Assembly: GCA_951406725.2 (NCBI GenBank)
Contig: OX597822.1
Span: 51,336,001-51,400,000 of the forward strand
Length of the DNA: 64,000 nt
Source of the DNA: Octopus vulgaris
Lineage: Eukaryota
Direction of reading: 5' to 3'
The position numbers and the translations under genes are program-made. The notes beneath the pieces were generated by a model. The model saw only the letters and a list, made by a program, of their open reading frames with translations. It was not told where the DNA came from and made no database searches. Of the stretch, positions 51,023 to 64,000 are shown piece by piece (position 1 is the first letter of the stretch; every line of letters starts with the position of its first letter).

Positions 51023-51102
51023 TATATAATAAAATAGTAAGGAAAAATCCAAACTTACAGGGAAAAATCAGATTTAGGATTGAATCTAATTTTATAGTAA
51101 AC

Positions 51103-51331
51103 TATTATATTATATTAAATTAGAGATAAAACCACTATTAGGCAAATCATACAATGAAAAACTTAAGCCAATACATAAAATTAATTAATTTATATTATTT
51201 TAAATATATATCAAAATTATTAAAAAAAGATAGTGATATATATTTAAAATAATATAAATTAATTAATCTTATGTATTGGCTTAAGTTTTTCATTGTATGA
51301 TTTGCCTAATAATGGTTTTATCGCTAATTTA

Positions 51332-51340
<9 letters not shown>
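51103..51340. repeat. ~105-bp-arm AT-rich inverted repeat between (TA)n arrays
   Basis: gataaaaccactattaggcaaatcatacaatgaaaaacttaagccaatacataa / ttatgtattggcttaagtttttcattgtatgatttgcctaataatggttttatc. Confidence 0.9.
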
Positions 51341-51380
<40 letters not shown>

Positions 51381-51789
51381 CTCAGCTTTTCTTCTACTTG
51401 TGACTGTTAGTCATCGACGCAAGCAATGGAGTGAACAATATACTACAATCAGTTATACATATAATTTACTTTGACTCAGCTCCATATGACTAGGATCAAG
51501 ACTCAGTCATATCTGGAGAAGTGTTAGAGATTTGAAGCAAATTCAAAAATGTTTCTATATGTTATGCTTCTATAGGTCCACATAGGTCATGTGTTGTTGC
51601 TGGTGTGGAAGTGAGGTCTGTTTTGTCTTTATTTGTAAACGTAAGAACTCGGACAGAATGTTAACAGAGAGCTATCGCAAATTTGGCAGACATATACGCG
51701 ACACTCTATTAACTGCTGAATACACTATAGCGTAGTATTGTACGAATTAATGCAGACTGCATTGTGTGCTCTACTAAAGTGAGAAGTAA

Positions 51790-53290
51790 AGTGCTTGAAC
51801 TGCATGTACTCATACCAACATTTGGGTTGCTTCATCGGACGCTTGATGAGATTCGAGCCATTGACGTGAAAACCCGCAAAATATTAACACGCACACATGA
51901 TTTTCGCACAAACAGTGACATAGACCGTCTCTACCTAAAACGAAAACAAAGCAGCAGAGGCTTAACGTCGATCCAAACTGTTTTTGAACGACGTATCATA
52001 TCCCTTTAGCAACATATTTTCATCACCAATTGTCGAAGTGCATTCCTTGACCAAATTTGCATACATGACGCTGATAACATCATAAGACTTGGAAGGCACC
52101 TCCTTGAGCAGCATTCCTTGTCTGATAACCTTACTTGCTGAAAGAAGTCGCACGACCCTACCGCGAGGTATCATCAGATGAAAGGATAAGCATAAGTGAG
52201 CAGAAGACTATGTATTGATATGTTACAAGAAAGCTTCATGAATTTAGTAGTATTGATCATCAAAACAGTTTATCATGGACCAATAGAAGGGATACTACCT
52301 CCCACTTTGAAGGTTATGCGTTTGCATTCCAGGAACAGGAAATATCAACCAAATACCTGATGCACAAAAGGGATAGCGATGCGGGAAAGCAGTAAAATGT
52401 GACAACAGATGCAGACTTTGTAGCGTTAGCACCCACATCATAAGCAGTTGTCCGAAAATATCATCACGGTGTTATCTACCAATGAGACATGATGTTGTAA
52501 TTTGGACACTCTATAAGGAAATTCGTTGGAAGGATAACCCCGAGGAGAAAGACATAAGAACCCACAGTATGGTAGAAGCCATAGTCACTCAAAATAAAAA
52601 GGAGTACTGGTGGAATGTTCCAGTGATGACCTCAATAAAATGTAAATACAATAGACCTGATATAATGATTTGGGATCGAGAAGAGAATCTGTGTACATTA
52701 GTTGCCCAACTGTGGAAATTAGTTGCCCAACGGATGGTAACATAAAGCTGAGAATCACTGAAAAAAAAAAAGAACACATACGCAGAACTATTGAGAAATC
52801 TGCAGCCACTGTATCCAGATTACAAATTCAGGATTATACCTATAATTATGAGGTCCCTGGTATATGTAACACACTGCCTAAATACCGATCTTGAGAAATT
52901 AGGTTTCTCAAAACCATAAAGAAGAAAGCTAATTCGAAGACTATAGATCCAAGTAATCACTTGAACAGTAAAAATCTGTAAATTTTCCAGAAGTTTATCA
53001 TTTAGATATATATCAGCATGTCTAGATATGCAAATATATGCATGAGAAAAGAATCATAAAACAATACAAATCTGCACATATACATATGTGCAGGCATACA
53101 TACATACATACATACATACATACATACATACATACATACATGCATGCATACAAACATACATACATACATACGTACGTACAAGAACACACTATTGTTGATG
53201 TTGAAATTCCAATGAAAGAGCCTTCGATTTAGGTTAGTGGCCGGCTCATTCTTTATTATCAAGAAATCTTGAATTAAAACTGAATAATGA
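51790..53290 (+). mobile_element. R4/Dong-like RLE LINE, 5'-truncated, (CATA)n tail
   Basis: IDVKTRKILT...NSDIDRLYLKRKQSSRGL, EGYAFAFQEQEI, CRLC, MRHDVV, WWNVPV...NRPDIMIWDREE-LCT; same family as 5806-7010. Confidence 0.85.
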
Positions 53291-54410
53291 CATACACACG
53301 TACATACGTACATACATACATACATACATACATACATGCATACATACATAAATACATACATACATACATATATACTTTCATACATACATACTAGCGCAAT
53401 GTACTTTTTTGGAAAGTTATTCTGTTGAGTATGAAATAAAATCCCTAATTTTCAAGCTGGAAATAAATGTGTAAAAAATAAACCACTTTATACCCTTAAC
53501 ATAGGTTCAAACTTCCAAAAGAAAGAAATTTCTTTATAAAATGTTGCGGATATTGGGTGTATTTATGAGCTGTACTTAGCGTTTCTTGATGGTTCGTGGG
53601 CGAATAATATTTGCAAATCAGCAGGTTTTACGTAACAACGCACCGATATCTTATAAATCTATTCAGGAAGCAATGGCCTGCCTTTAACATTTAATGAACC
53701 TCATCATGTTAATTCTCAGCTTGCTGCTTCACTGTACTGTTTCTTTGATGGGGATTGTGTTTTCGAAGCCATGAAACTTTTTCAGATCGCTTCTAATTTA
53801 GAAGTCTTTCATGTTGGTGCATTCCAGCATTTGTGTTTAAGCACTGCCTTTTTTTACTATATAACATCTGCTGTATTTATGATATTCTATATGATACACA
53901 ACGTAAGCTCATAAATATTACCATTGTTGTGATATTAGGTAAGCATGCATGTGCTCGATTGATAGATAGCATTCAGAACAAGTAACAAATATGGATCTGC
54001 ATTTTTACAGCAATTCAATACTCGGCTTAGAAAACCCGTACACTTTATAGACAATAGTTGGTCTAGTCCTGACATGCCCAGAAATGTGGTCTGCGAACGG
54101 AGTTAGCTGGGATATGTTAAAATTAACAAATGATTGTCGTGTTGTTCTTTTCTATGGCAAATTTTGGATTTAAACGATCACGATTCAAATTTCCGTTATT
54201 TAGGCCTATCACCTACATAAGCAGTTTACTCTTTCCAAAAGGGTATTGTCATGAATATATCGAATATTTTCAAATACATCATTGTATTTCTTTATTGCTG
54301 CCCTGATAAGAGTCAACAGATAGCATCTACATTGCTGTACATTCATTTATCGTTCAATCAATAACAATCAAAAGTGTTATTTATCGAGGATTTATTCCAT
54401 CAATTTACGT

Positions 54411-54454
<44 letters not shown>

Positions 54455-54455
<1 letters not shown>

Positions 54456-54710
54456 AGGAAAAGCTTCTTCCTGAGTCATATGGACTCAAAGGGCCAGTTT
54501 ATAAGATTCTATGGTGTATATATAAATCCCACTGAACCGGACGCTGGCCGTCAAAGGAATACTCATTTTACCTGCCTAAGTGAACAAAAGCAATGCGAAA
54601 GGAAGCATTTTGCGCAAGAAAACAAGGCATCACCCGTTTCAAGAATCGAAACAACAATCTTACGATCATGATTCCAACAGCCAAGCCACTAATTTATGCG
54701 TCACTACTAC
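54455..54710 (-). mobile_element. SINE fragment (second tRNA-derived family)
   Basis: cttcctgagtcatatggactcaaagggccagttt...gtgaacaaaagcaatgcgaaaggaagcattttgcgcaagaaaacaa...aatcgaaacaacaatcttacgatcatga. Confidence 0.55.
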
Positions 54711-55544
54711 ATGTGTGTGTGTGTGTGTATTTATCTATGCATACATATATACATACATACATACACACACACACATACATGTGTGTGTGTACGCGTGCGT
54801 GAATGTACTCTTGTTTTCGGTTCTGAGGGAAGCCTTTTAGCAGATTCTGGCTACTTGCTTTCTCATACAATTTTTCATACGAAACTTCGTCATGGATAGA
54901 GCACTGCTTCTCTGTGCCACACAGTAGGATTAAGCCCCTAACTTTGCGATTCCGTTGAGAACGTATCATTCACATGAACATTCTTTAGTGAATTTTATAT
55001 GAAAGAAGGATACGAGATCCTTTTCACTTGTGATCTTTGCTTTTAATAATCTTTAATAGAAAAACTAAGAAGAGGGATTATTTGTCATAAACACTTCTCA
55101 TCTGTAAATGTCGATGGAACCTATTTTGCATTTCTTTTAAGATACTGCGTTACTCTATTCTGATATAGCTAAACACAATTACGCAGTATCCTTTGAATTC
55201 TCTTCTAGCTTATCGTGTTTCAATGTGAAGGGGATATGGTTATTCGGATAAAAATAATCATGGTGAAATTATTCAAAGGACAGGAATTCCTGTTTCATCT
55301 ATGGAATAAACTCTTAATATTATGAACGTTTATTTTCAAATTTTGCGATTCAAAGTCATAAGTTTCTTGGTGTGTTTCCTTATGCATCGAACAGATTTCA
55401 GAACGTATATGTTCTCAATGATATTCTGTTGTAACCCTATTCACACGATGATACAAATAGAATCGTAAACGCATTTGATCTTTACTCGAATCAGATTTAT
55501 TGATATAGCAACACAGAGCTCACGATGCATAATGTTATCATTTC

Positions 55545-55665
<121 letters not shown>

Positions 55666-55677
55666 AAACACAGAAAC

Positions 55678-56047
55678 GTGGAGACGCAATGACCCAGTAG
55701 TTAGGGCAGCGGACACGTAGTCATAGGATCGCAGTTTCGATTCCCAGACCGGGCGTTGTGAGTGTTTATTGAGAGAAAACACCTAAATCTTCAACAGGCA
55801 CCGGCAGGGGTTGGTGACGAACCCTGCTGTATTCTTCACCACAACCTTCACTCTTTCTTCCTGTTTCTGCTATATCTCTATTTCAAAGAGCCAGCCTTGT
55901 CACCCACTGCGTCACGCTGAACCTCTCCGAAAACTACGTTAAGGATATACGTGTTGGTGGAGTGCTTGCACGTTAATTTCACGAGCAGGCTGTTCCCTTG
56001 ATCGGCTCAACTGGAACCCTCGCCGTCGTAACCAGCGGAGTGCCACG
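55678..56047 (+). mobile_element. tRNA-derived SINE, full length (resembles tRNA-Arg-derived octopus OR SINEs)
   Basis: Head gtggagacgcaatgacccagtagttagggcagcggacacgtagtcataggatcgcagtttcgattcccagaccggg with A/B-box-like motifs; ends ...accagcggagtgccac. Confidence 0.7.
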
Positions 56048-56069
56048 GCGCGCGCACACACACACACAT

Positions 56070-56175
56070 AAAGTTCTTCAAGAGTTTCGGTCTACCAAAT
56101 CCCCTTTGAAGGCTTTGGTCGGCCCGAGGCTGTAGAAGAAGACATCTGCTCATGATGCCACGCAGTGGCACTAAA
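56070..56175 (-). mobile_element. SINE 5'-half fragment (family of 7945-8359)
   Basis: agtttcggtctaccaaatcc...ggctttggtcggcccgaggctgtagaagaagaca. Confidence 0.7.
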
Positions 56176-56549
56176 ATTAGTACCACAAACGTAATATTGT
56201 TAATTATTTGTAGGATTCATTTTATTCAAGGTATTTCAATATTAAGGACACCAAACGAGGTTTGAAATTCGCACTTCTGTGCATATACCAAAAACCAAAG
56301 AATAAGACGCTATGAAAGACCGTTGAATAAAAGGGAAGTCACTCTAATATGGAGAAAAAGAAAAAAATGAAGACAGGCAAAAAATATACGCAACCATATT
56401 CCCACAACAATAGACGCCGTCTACAAACGTACATACTCACGCAATCATGTATACATACATGCATATACACACAAACATATATGTGTATGTACGTACTCAT
56501 ACAAATACACATAGCCACACCTACACGCCTACATATGTGTGTGTAAATG

Positions 56550-56581
<32 letters not shown>

Positions 56582-56619
56582 TGTATGTATGTATGTATGC
56601 ATGTATGTATGTATGTATG

Positions 56620-57482
56620 TATGTGTGTACAAAACCTCTTCCTCATATGCACATTGGTGTTTACATGCATACACATAACATAATACATATATATTTAGAC
56701 ATTTATACATACAAATATACGTATACATACAAATATACAAATATACAGACATACACTCACACTCCTGCATACATGCATATACTTACATATATATATATGT
56801 GTGTGTGTTTGTGTGTACATATATCTACACATATATACCCGCCTATCACACATCTACACCCGCACATACACAACCGTATTCATATACGTATAAATGAAGG
56901 GTATATGTGCATCGAAGTCGCACTTATGCACCGGGCACAGTCTTACACTCACATACATATACACATAGACATATATACACGCTTACACATGTAAATAAAT
57001 ATATACATACATATATATGTATTCACACACGTACACATTCACACAATTTGAAAGGAAAACAATGAAATATATATCAAAAATTATAGATAAAAATTAAAAT
57101 TTTAAAAGACGTTAAGACATATGGGAAGGCTGTACATAGTAAGATTCTAGCCGTGATCGTGTGTGGACCACATCCGTAACAGATCTTTTGTCACGTTTAG
57201 ACATCAACCAAAATGTTCAGTTCTTGAATTTAAACATGTAGTGGTGTCTATTCGTATGTATATATGTGTATGTGCATTATGTATGTATAAGAGTTCACGA
57301 TTGTTTCCGGTGCATAAGTGCGACTTTCTTGCACACGTCCCCTTCATTAATAAAGATATGCATATATTTGCATACGTGCGGGAGTAGGTGTGTGATAGGA
57401 GGGTGTATATATGTAAAGATATGTATATATATATATATGTATGTGTGTATACATATATATATATTTGTGTGTGTGTATACAT

Positions 57483-57513
<31 letters not shown>

Positions 57514-57625
57514 CATATATATGTGTGTGTGTGTGTGCGTGTGTGCGGGAGTATGAATGTATCTCTGTATATATATATATATATATATATATAGGCGCAT
57601 GTATATATATATATGTGTGTGTGTG

Positions 57626-57667
<42 letters not shown>

Positions 57668-57770
57668 CACGCGTATATTTATATGCATAAATGTCTAAAT
57701 ATATGTATTGTAATAAGTGTATGCATGTAAACACCTATGTGTATTTGAGGATGAGGTTGCGTACACATAT
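56620..57770. repeat. Large diverged inverted repeat (arms ~56620-56990 and ~57265-57770)
   Basis: aagtcgcacttatgcaccgg / ccggtgcataagtgcgactt; cctatcacaca / tgtgtgatagg; ggtgtttacatgcatacac / gtgtatgcatgtaaacacc; atatttagacatttat / ataaatgtctaaatat. Confidence 0.85.
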
Positions 57771-57776
57771 ACATAC

Positions 57777-57824
<48 letters not shown>

Positions 57825-58077
57825 CGTGAGAATATGTTTGCGTGTATTTTTTATATTTTTTCTTTCTTTATCTATCTATTTGATTAACTTCCCTTTTATT
57901 CCACGGTTTTTCGTAGTGTTTGTTCCCATTAATAGCCAACGAGAATGCATGGTGCCTCTTCGCTCTGACATTCAAAACTCTGAATGACAACATTTTACTG
58001 TTTATTTTAAATTATAATATATATAAATATTCTTTATTTAGCTAATATCGAGGTCTCATTCATTTGTTGTTAGTGTC

Positions 58078-58152
<75 letters not shown>

Positions 58153-58153
<1 letters not shown>

Positions 58154-58700
58154 GAGTGAGAGAGCAGTGCATGCCATCAATGTGACACTGGGGTAAAATA
58201 TACAAATCCCAGTATACCCATCATGACTACCCGTCTGATAAGGATACACTAGGCGCATGCATCACAACCATATGTGCGCGACATGGTGATCTCATATCAA
58301 GATAAACAGCACATGACCTTGCAGGTGAGGCCCAGTTAGAATTTTCTGCTGGTCGTGTAATCCATCCCACTCAAAATGTCCCTGAATAAGGGTTGCTTAA
58401 GGATGTTGTACGAAACACCCAGAGGTGAAATATTCAAACCCCAAAGAATCCCTCTCAACACATGGTTATGATGTTCCCCCACTACTTCTGCTCTTGATCA
58501 GAGATGCACATATCGTCAGCCACTAAGGGACATGCTCAACTAGTTATGGTCAAACAAATGACAAGCAAATCTGTGGTATTGAACAGAATATTTGCTGTAG
58601 CCCATCTTTTATACCAAAACAAAACGATGTACATGATAACACTTCCAATCAGTTAAGATTAGAAGCCACGAGAGCCACTGCCTGGTACTGCATCAATGCT
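58153..58700 (-). mobile_element. ~550-bp (TAA)n-associated non-coding element, full-length copy
   Basis: Embedded between long (TTA)n arrays (58078-58152 and 58701-58771); colinear with 34833-35376. Confidence 0.85.
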
Positions 58701-58716
58701 TTTATTATTATTATTA

Positions 58717-58773
<57 letters not shown>

Positions 58774-60054
58774 GTAACTACAATTATAAAAATATAATAT
58801 TAAAGGCTCCTGAAGTGACAACGCCTGTATGCTAGAAATAGACACCAAATGCACTACACAAAATTTCAATTATTACTCAGTATAACACAACACCTACTAC
58901 CTCTCTTCATCTGAGACATGCTTCCTCTTTTTACTCCTGCCCACCTCTTCTCTGCATTAATTGTAAATTAGACACAAGTCATTTACATAAATTAATTATG
59001 AAATACTGCATTAATATTGGTATCACCCGGCCGGCCGATTTCATGGTATTTGTGTTCATCCTCAGTGGTGGACACCCATCCAACAGAGATAGTACTAGTT
59101 CTCTCCCGCTCGCAATATATAGAAAAATAAGTGGCAACCAGTCACTGGTGTTGCAGCAAAAAATAGTAGCAATTTAGGAAATCTCTATAAGTGATGAAAT
59201 TAGTGACTATACTGAAAAGTAATGTATATCGTCACTTTAACATGGCTTCTCTCTAGGAACCGACGTTACTGTCGTTCTTAACACCAGGAGGAACTCTCCT
59301 CCAGTTGATTATCGATGTAATCTGCATCCGATATGTTTTTAATTTGCATTCTACATGTTTCTTCTTTTCGTGCATATATCACTTTTCTATAAATCGAATC
59401 TCGTATATCGAAAAGTCATGATATACATCATAGAAGAACATACGAGTTACTGAGAGAATTTTGTGAATGTCCGCTTTAAGGAGACTTTGTGAAATAACAT
59501 AGATATCAGAATATTTTGCTGTGTATCTAAGTAATGCCCGAAAGACTATAGCACTGGAATTTTCAGTTGAAATTTGTTAGAAGCTTGTAAAGTTGGAACT
59601 GGCGACTGTTCTGCTGGAAATCTGTAACATTACTAAACAACGATTGGTTGATATTATTCTCTAAACTATATAAATTTATATGAAGAAATAAACAAACTTT
59701 TGTGTTTTATCAAAATCTGCTCATCTAATCTGCGAAACAGTGAATATGCTGAACGTGTAATAATTTATAAATGCTAAAATAACAGTTAAAGATGAGATGA
59801 TTTTGTTTTTGTCTGCCTGAGTACAGAAAATCCTAAAATCTTAATTGTTATGACGCTGATGTTTAACTACTAATTACATTTGACTGAAGAGATCTCTAAT
59901 CAGAATTATTGTAGCTAATGTTTCGTTTCTTTTTTCAGTGTCCCTCTCAGATTACCTATCCCCATATATCTTCCTTATCATTTTAAACAATAGGCTGTGA
60001 TTTGAGAGCAAGGTGGTTACCATTTCTAACAGGTTCAATAACCACGTGTGTGGT

Positions 60055-60145
60055 GAGATCTTAGTTGGCTGAGATCTTAGTTGGCTGAGATCTTAGTTGG
60101 CTGAGATCTTAGTTGGCTGAGATCGTTGGCTGAGATCTTAGTTGC
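60055..60145. repeat. 16-bp minisatellite (GAGATCTTAGTTGGCT), ~6 units
   Basis: Four exact units, one with a 3-bp deletion, one partial. Confidence 0.95.
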
Positions 60146-60575
60146 TTTGTTGCTGTAAATTAAATTCATGTCAATCGTGATCGCCACAACATATTTAAAA
60201 AAGAAAACAATTCATCCGTGGCCATCTCATCTTTTTCCTACATGCAGGTAATCTAGGAAAATATCTATGTTTTATATTTATGACATTAGCGTATGGTTTG
60301 AGGGACAATTATCCGCTATAATATATTAGATCAATGTGCAAAAGGCAACAGTCACAAAATCTTAATCTATCATAATGAACACTTCGTCGGTTCTTGATGA
60401 ATTATTATATTCAAAATAACATAAAGATACACGGCTTCCTTTGTAAAGGGGAAAAAGCAGGCTTCTGATAAATATATTCCTTTTCCAAGCAAACTGATAC
60501 TTGTGATGATCATCCAAATTTGTAGAGAAATAGCAAAATATATAACATATATTTAGCTAAGATGTAGGTGGTGAG

Positions 60576-60611
<36 letters not shown>

Positions 60612-60617
60612 GGGGGA

Positions 60618-60928
<311 letters not shown>

Positions 60929-62511
60929 ATGTATATGCATGAGATGATATTGCTAAAATAGGAAAATCGATAGCAAACAAGTACTAAATTCAAGTACATA
61001 ATACCAACATATGAATGAATATTTATGTATCCTGGCGAGTGGCTTCTTCCTCTCGTCTTTCTGTGTGACTCCATGTGGTAGATACAATAATGTTGAGAAT
61101 AATAGTGTTAGCGATGATAACAATGGGAACTGTGGTGTCAAGTGTATGGATTATGATATTTTTTAATAACAATGATACTGATGGCAATCACAATAACGCT
61201 TCCGCATTGGATTGTTATGTTAATGATGTTATGACAAACTCAGCTGCAGCAATAATATAAATAATCATATCAACAACAACAAGCAGTACAATAGCGCAGC
61301 CACACCATCCTATCGAATCTGCCTCTTCCATCAACAACGAATGATGAGCCAGAGACAGGAAAAACACAAGACAATACAAGAATCAGAACAAGAAAACACT
61401 AAAATGTTGATAATAGAGGTTGTTTTTTTTTTTTGGTATTTCTAAAAATGTGACTTGTAATTTTAAAAATTCCAAGTTCGAAATTGAAATGTCTAGTAGA
61501 GAATGAACTCAAAGTTATCATCTACTTGATAAACATCATTCGCATAAGAAGTTTTTCAACAAATTCAAAGTATTGACCAAACTTTATTTATGATTAAAAG
61601 TTTTAAACAAAATGAAATATTCAAATCAATAAACACACAAAACTACCAGGTCTAGACTATCTACTTTTATTTCTTCGTTTTAGTTAAAAAAAGTACAATA
61701 CAACTAAATTATAACAAAAAGTAATCGTAATAAACAAACAAAAAACTCAGTCCACGTCAAGATAAATCAAAACATTGTTAAAGTTTTATCGTTGGGAATT
61801 GTTATAGTTTTTAATCAATCTTTATGATAATAAGTTTCTCTATCTCTACTTTAAATAGTGCAGATTTATACAACAGAGAACTGTTTATATGAATCTGATC
61901 ATATTTTAGCTCACACATATATATAGAGGTATATTTTATGTCCGAAGGAAGGAACTATTTTCATTTCCACATTCAACATATGAATATGCATGAAAAAGTT
62001 TCGTACTATTTTCGTATAATACTTAATTTTATGCATCGTAACATTTATACTTTATAAGAAATATTTTAGATATACAAACAAACTGTAAGTTAATCCACCT
62101 ATATCTCTGTTTAAAAGATGTTCCACATATCCAACTAACAAATTCCACATATGGATTGACACAATGAAATACAAATAAAAATATGCGCAAAAAATAAAAT
62201 GAAATATCCAGTAATATAACATGACTGTATGACGGTATTTCGAAAGGATTATTGAAGTGTCTTCTTGATGCATCAGAAAAAGTACACACACAAACACACA
62301 CACACGCACACACACACACACATATATATGCATACAGATAATTTAATACCGTCCCATAATTTTATACTGATAATTTCATACAGTCTCCAGGCTTTCATTT
62401 CCCAACACATTCAAGAGACAGTGTACATGAATCACAGATCTGTTGCGAAGCCTCAAAAGAAAAAAAATACACAGTTGAAATATTATATTTATCTTTTATC
62501 TTTATCGTTTT

Positions 62512-64000
62512 AGACAAGCTGGTTAATAATCCTGGCATGGGTGAGGAACTGATGCATTTAGATCAGTCTAAAGCATTCGATAGCGTTGACCATCGCTATC
62601 TGGCAGCAGTTCTTGAAGCGGTTGGGCTTGGCCTGGCCTACTGCGGTGGGATCACCGCCTTATACGCGGTAGTTCGGATTAACGGCCATTTTCGGAGCCG
62701 TTCAGCATCGTGCGTTCGTTCAACCAAGGATATCACCTATCATCCCTTCTGTACGCTTTGACCATCGAGCCATTACTCTAGAAACTGGAGTCCTAAGAGG
62801 CGTCCCGCATGATCTATGGTGCGGAATGACTGTAACATTTATGCGGTCGACACCACCTTCATCGTATCCTGTGACAGACACCTGCATCTAGTAGGTTATA
62901 CTATTTGGGAGTACGAAGGGGTACCAGGGTCAAAAATACACTGTGATAAGGCGGTCGGGCTGCAGCTCAGCACCTGGAGAGGCTGGTCCAAGACCACCTA
63001 CCTGTGTTGTAGGTCGTTGGACAGATTGCTCGCTGAAATTGCTCGAAGTCTGGTTCGGTACGGACCTCCAAATAGAGAAGAACTGGGATGAAATTACGAG
63101 CAGGGGGGCTAATCTCACCCAGAAATAGGGCAAGAGGAAGCTGTCTCTAAATGGTAGGGCGGAGGTAGCAAATGTGCTTAACGCATCAAGCATCACCTAC
63201 CTTCTAACCGTGGTGCTTTGCCCAGATTCGTGTCTGGTCAAGCTGGAGCGTCTACTCTTCAGATTTTTGTGAGCAAGACGCTTTATTTACTGTCATCTAC
63301 TTCTAAATGGACAGCTGTGCATGCCTTGGCTGAAAATACGCAGACATGCGCTAAGGCTAAGACAAATCAAGCTTTAAAATGTGGAGGCCGCCCTTCGTGA
63401 AACTCATCTTCCCATAGTTCAACTTATTTAATTAACTGAACTCGTGGATCACGCGTAGACCTTGGTTGGGCGCTTTGCCAGCTGAGTGCTGTCTTGCTCT
63501 CTCGCTTCTCTGGCGAACGGGCAATGCGAACGGCGGGGTTCCATCTCGTTCTTTTATAGTGGCTGGCAAGTGCGACGATGTTCTGGGGAAGACCCTGGGT
63601 TTCGATGACGGTCAACTCACCAGACTGCTTCAGAGGAATTTGGGGTCAACACCCATAGATAACTACCAGAGATCCCTAGCCAAACAGTGCTGTCGAGAAG
63701 CTCTGCCTGTTTGCGATAAACTCTTCAGGAACAGATGTGAAGATACACCGACAGGTCCGATATGCGAACAAATCAACGAATCTGTTCTGCATGCTATTGT
63801 ACAGTGTCCGTTGATTTCGGGTCTACGGGTTTACATAGAACATCTACTGTCGCGTGTGGCAGGGACACGGTTGTGAACTGAGTCCCTCATCAAGATTGTC
63901 CCATCTCCTTCCCTTGACCGGAAAAGGCAGGCAACTTTTCTCTGCTTGGTGGCCATAGCGAAAGGTGTCGTGTGGTTGACGAGAGTGAAAGCAATTCAGA
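62512..64000 (+). mobile_element. L1/Tx1-clade LINE ORF2 remnant (RT, then zinc-binding region), 5'-truncated, runs off the window end
   Basis: LDQSKAFDSVDHRYL, VRING, SV-QG--LS-LLYALTIEPLL, YAVDTT (YADD-like), KLSLNGRAEVAN, GPICEQINESVLHAIVQCP. Confidence 0.88.

Noticed and set aside
55678-55755. tRNA gene (also 8290-8359 and 14050-14100)
   Set aside because: tRNA-like A/B boxes are SINE heads followed by SINE bodies; no complete cloverleaf.
60055-60145. CRISPR array
   Set aside because: Head-to-tail 16-mers without spacers, no cas genes, eukaryotic context.

Overview
AT-rich, repeat-dominated animal genomic DNA. The SINE families, dense (TA)n/(CA)n/(TATG)n/(TAA)n microsatellites and decayed transposons suggest an octopus/cephalopod intronic or intergenic region (inference). 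I see no intact host gene, only one plausible and one weak minus-strand exon. Recognisable content: decayed LINEs of three groups (CR1/L2-like, R4/Dong-like RLE, L1/Tx1), three mariner derivatives, a Chapaev3-type transposase pseudogene, Penelope remnants, tRNA-derived SINEs, Helitron/Helentron-like non-autonomous elements and many fold-back structures. Highlights: (1) a TSD-bounded, ORF1-only L1/Tx1-like retroposon (19645-22522) inserted into the tRNA-like head of a SINE and itself carrying a 0.7-kb palindromic MITE; (2) several minimal type-I hammerhead-ribozyme motifs in non-coding Penelope-like units, best at 23453-23584; (3) a discrete ~550-bp non-coding element confined to (TAA)n arrays; (4) a mariner built from two 5' ends; (5) a visible SINE/LINE shared 3' tail. 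All family assignments come from motif recognition by eye, with no database searches, and most boundaries are approximate.
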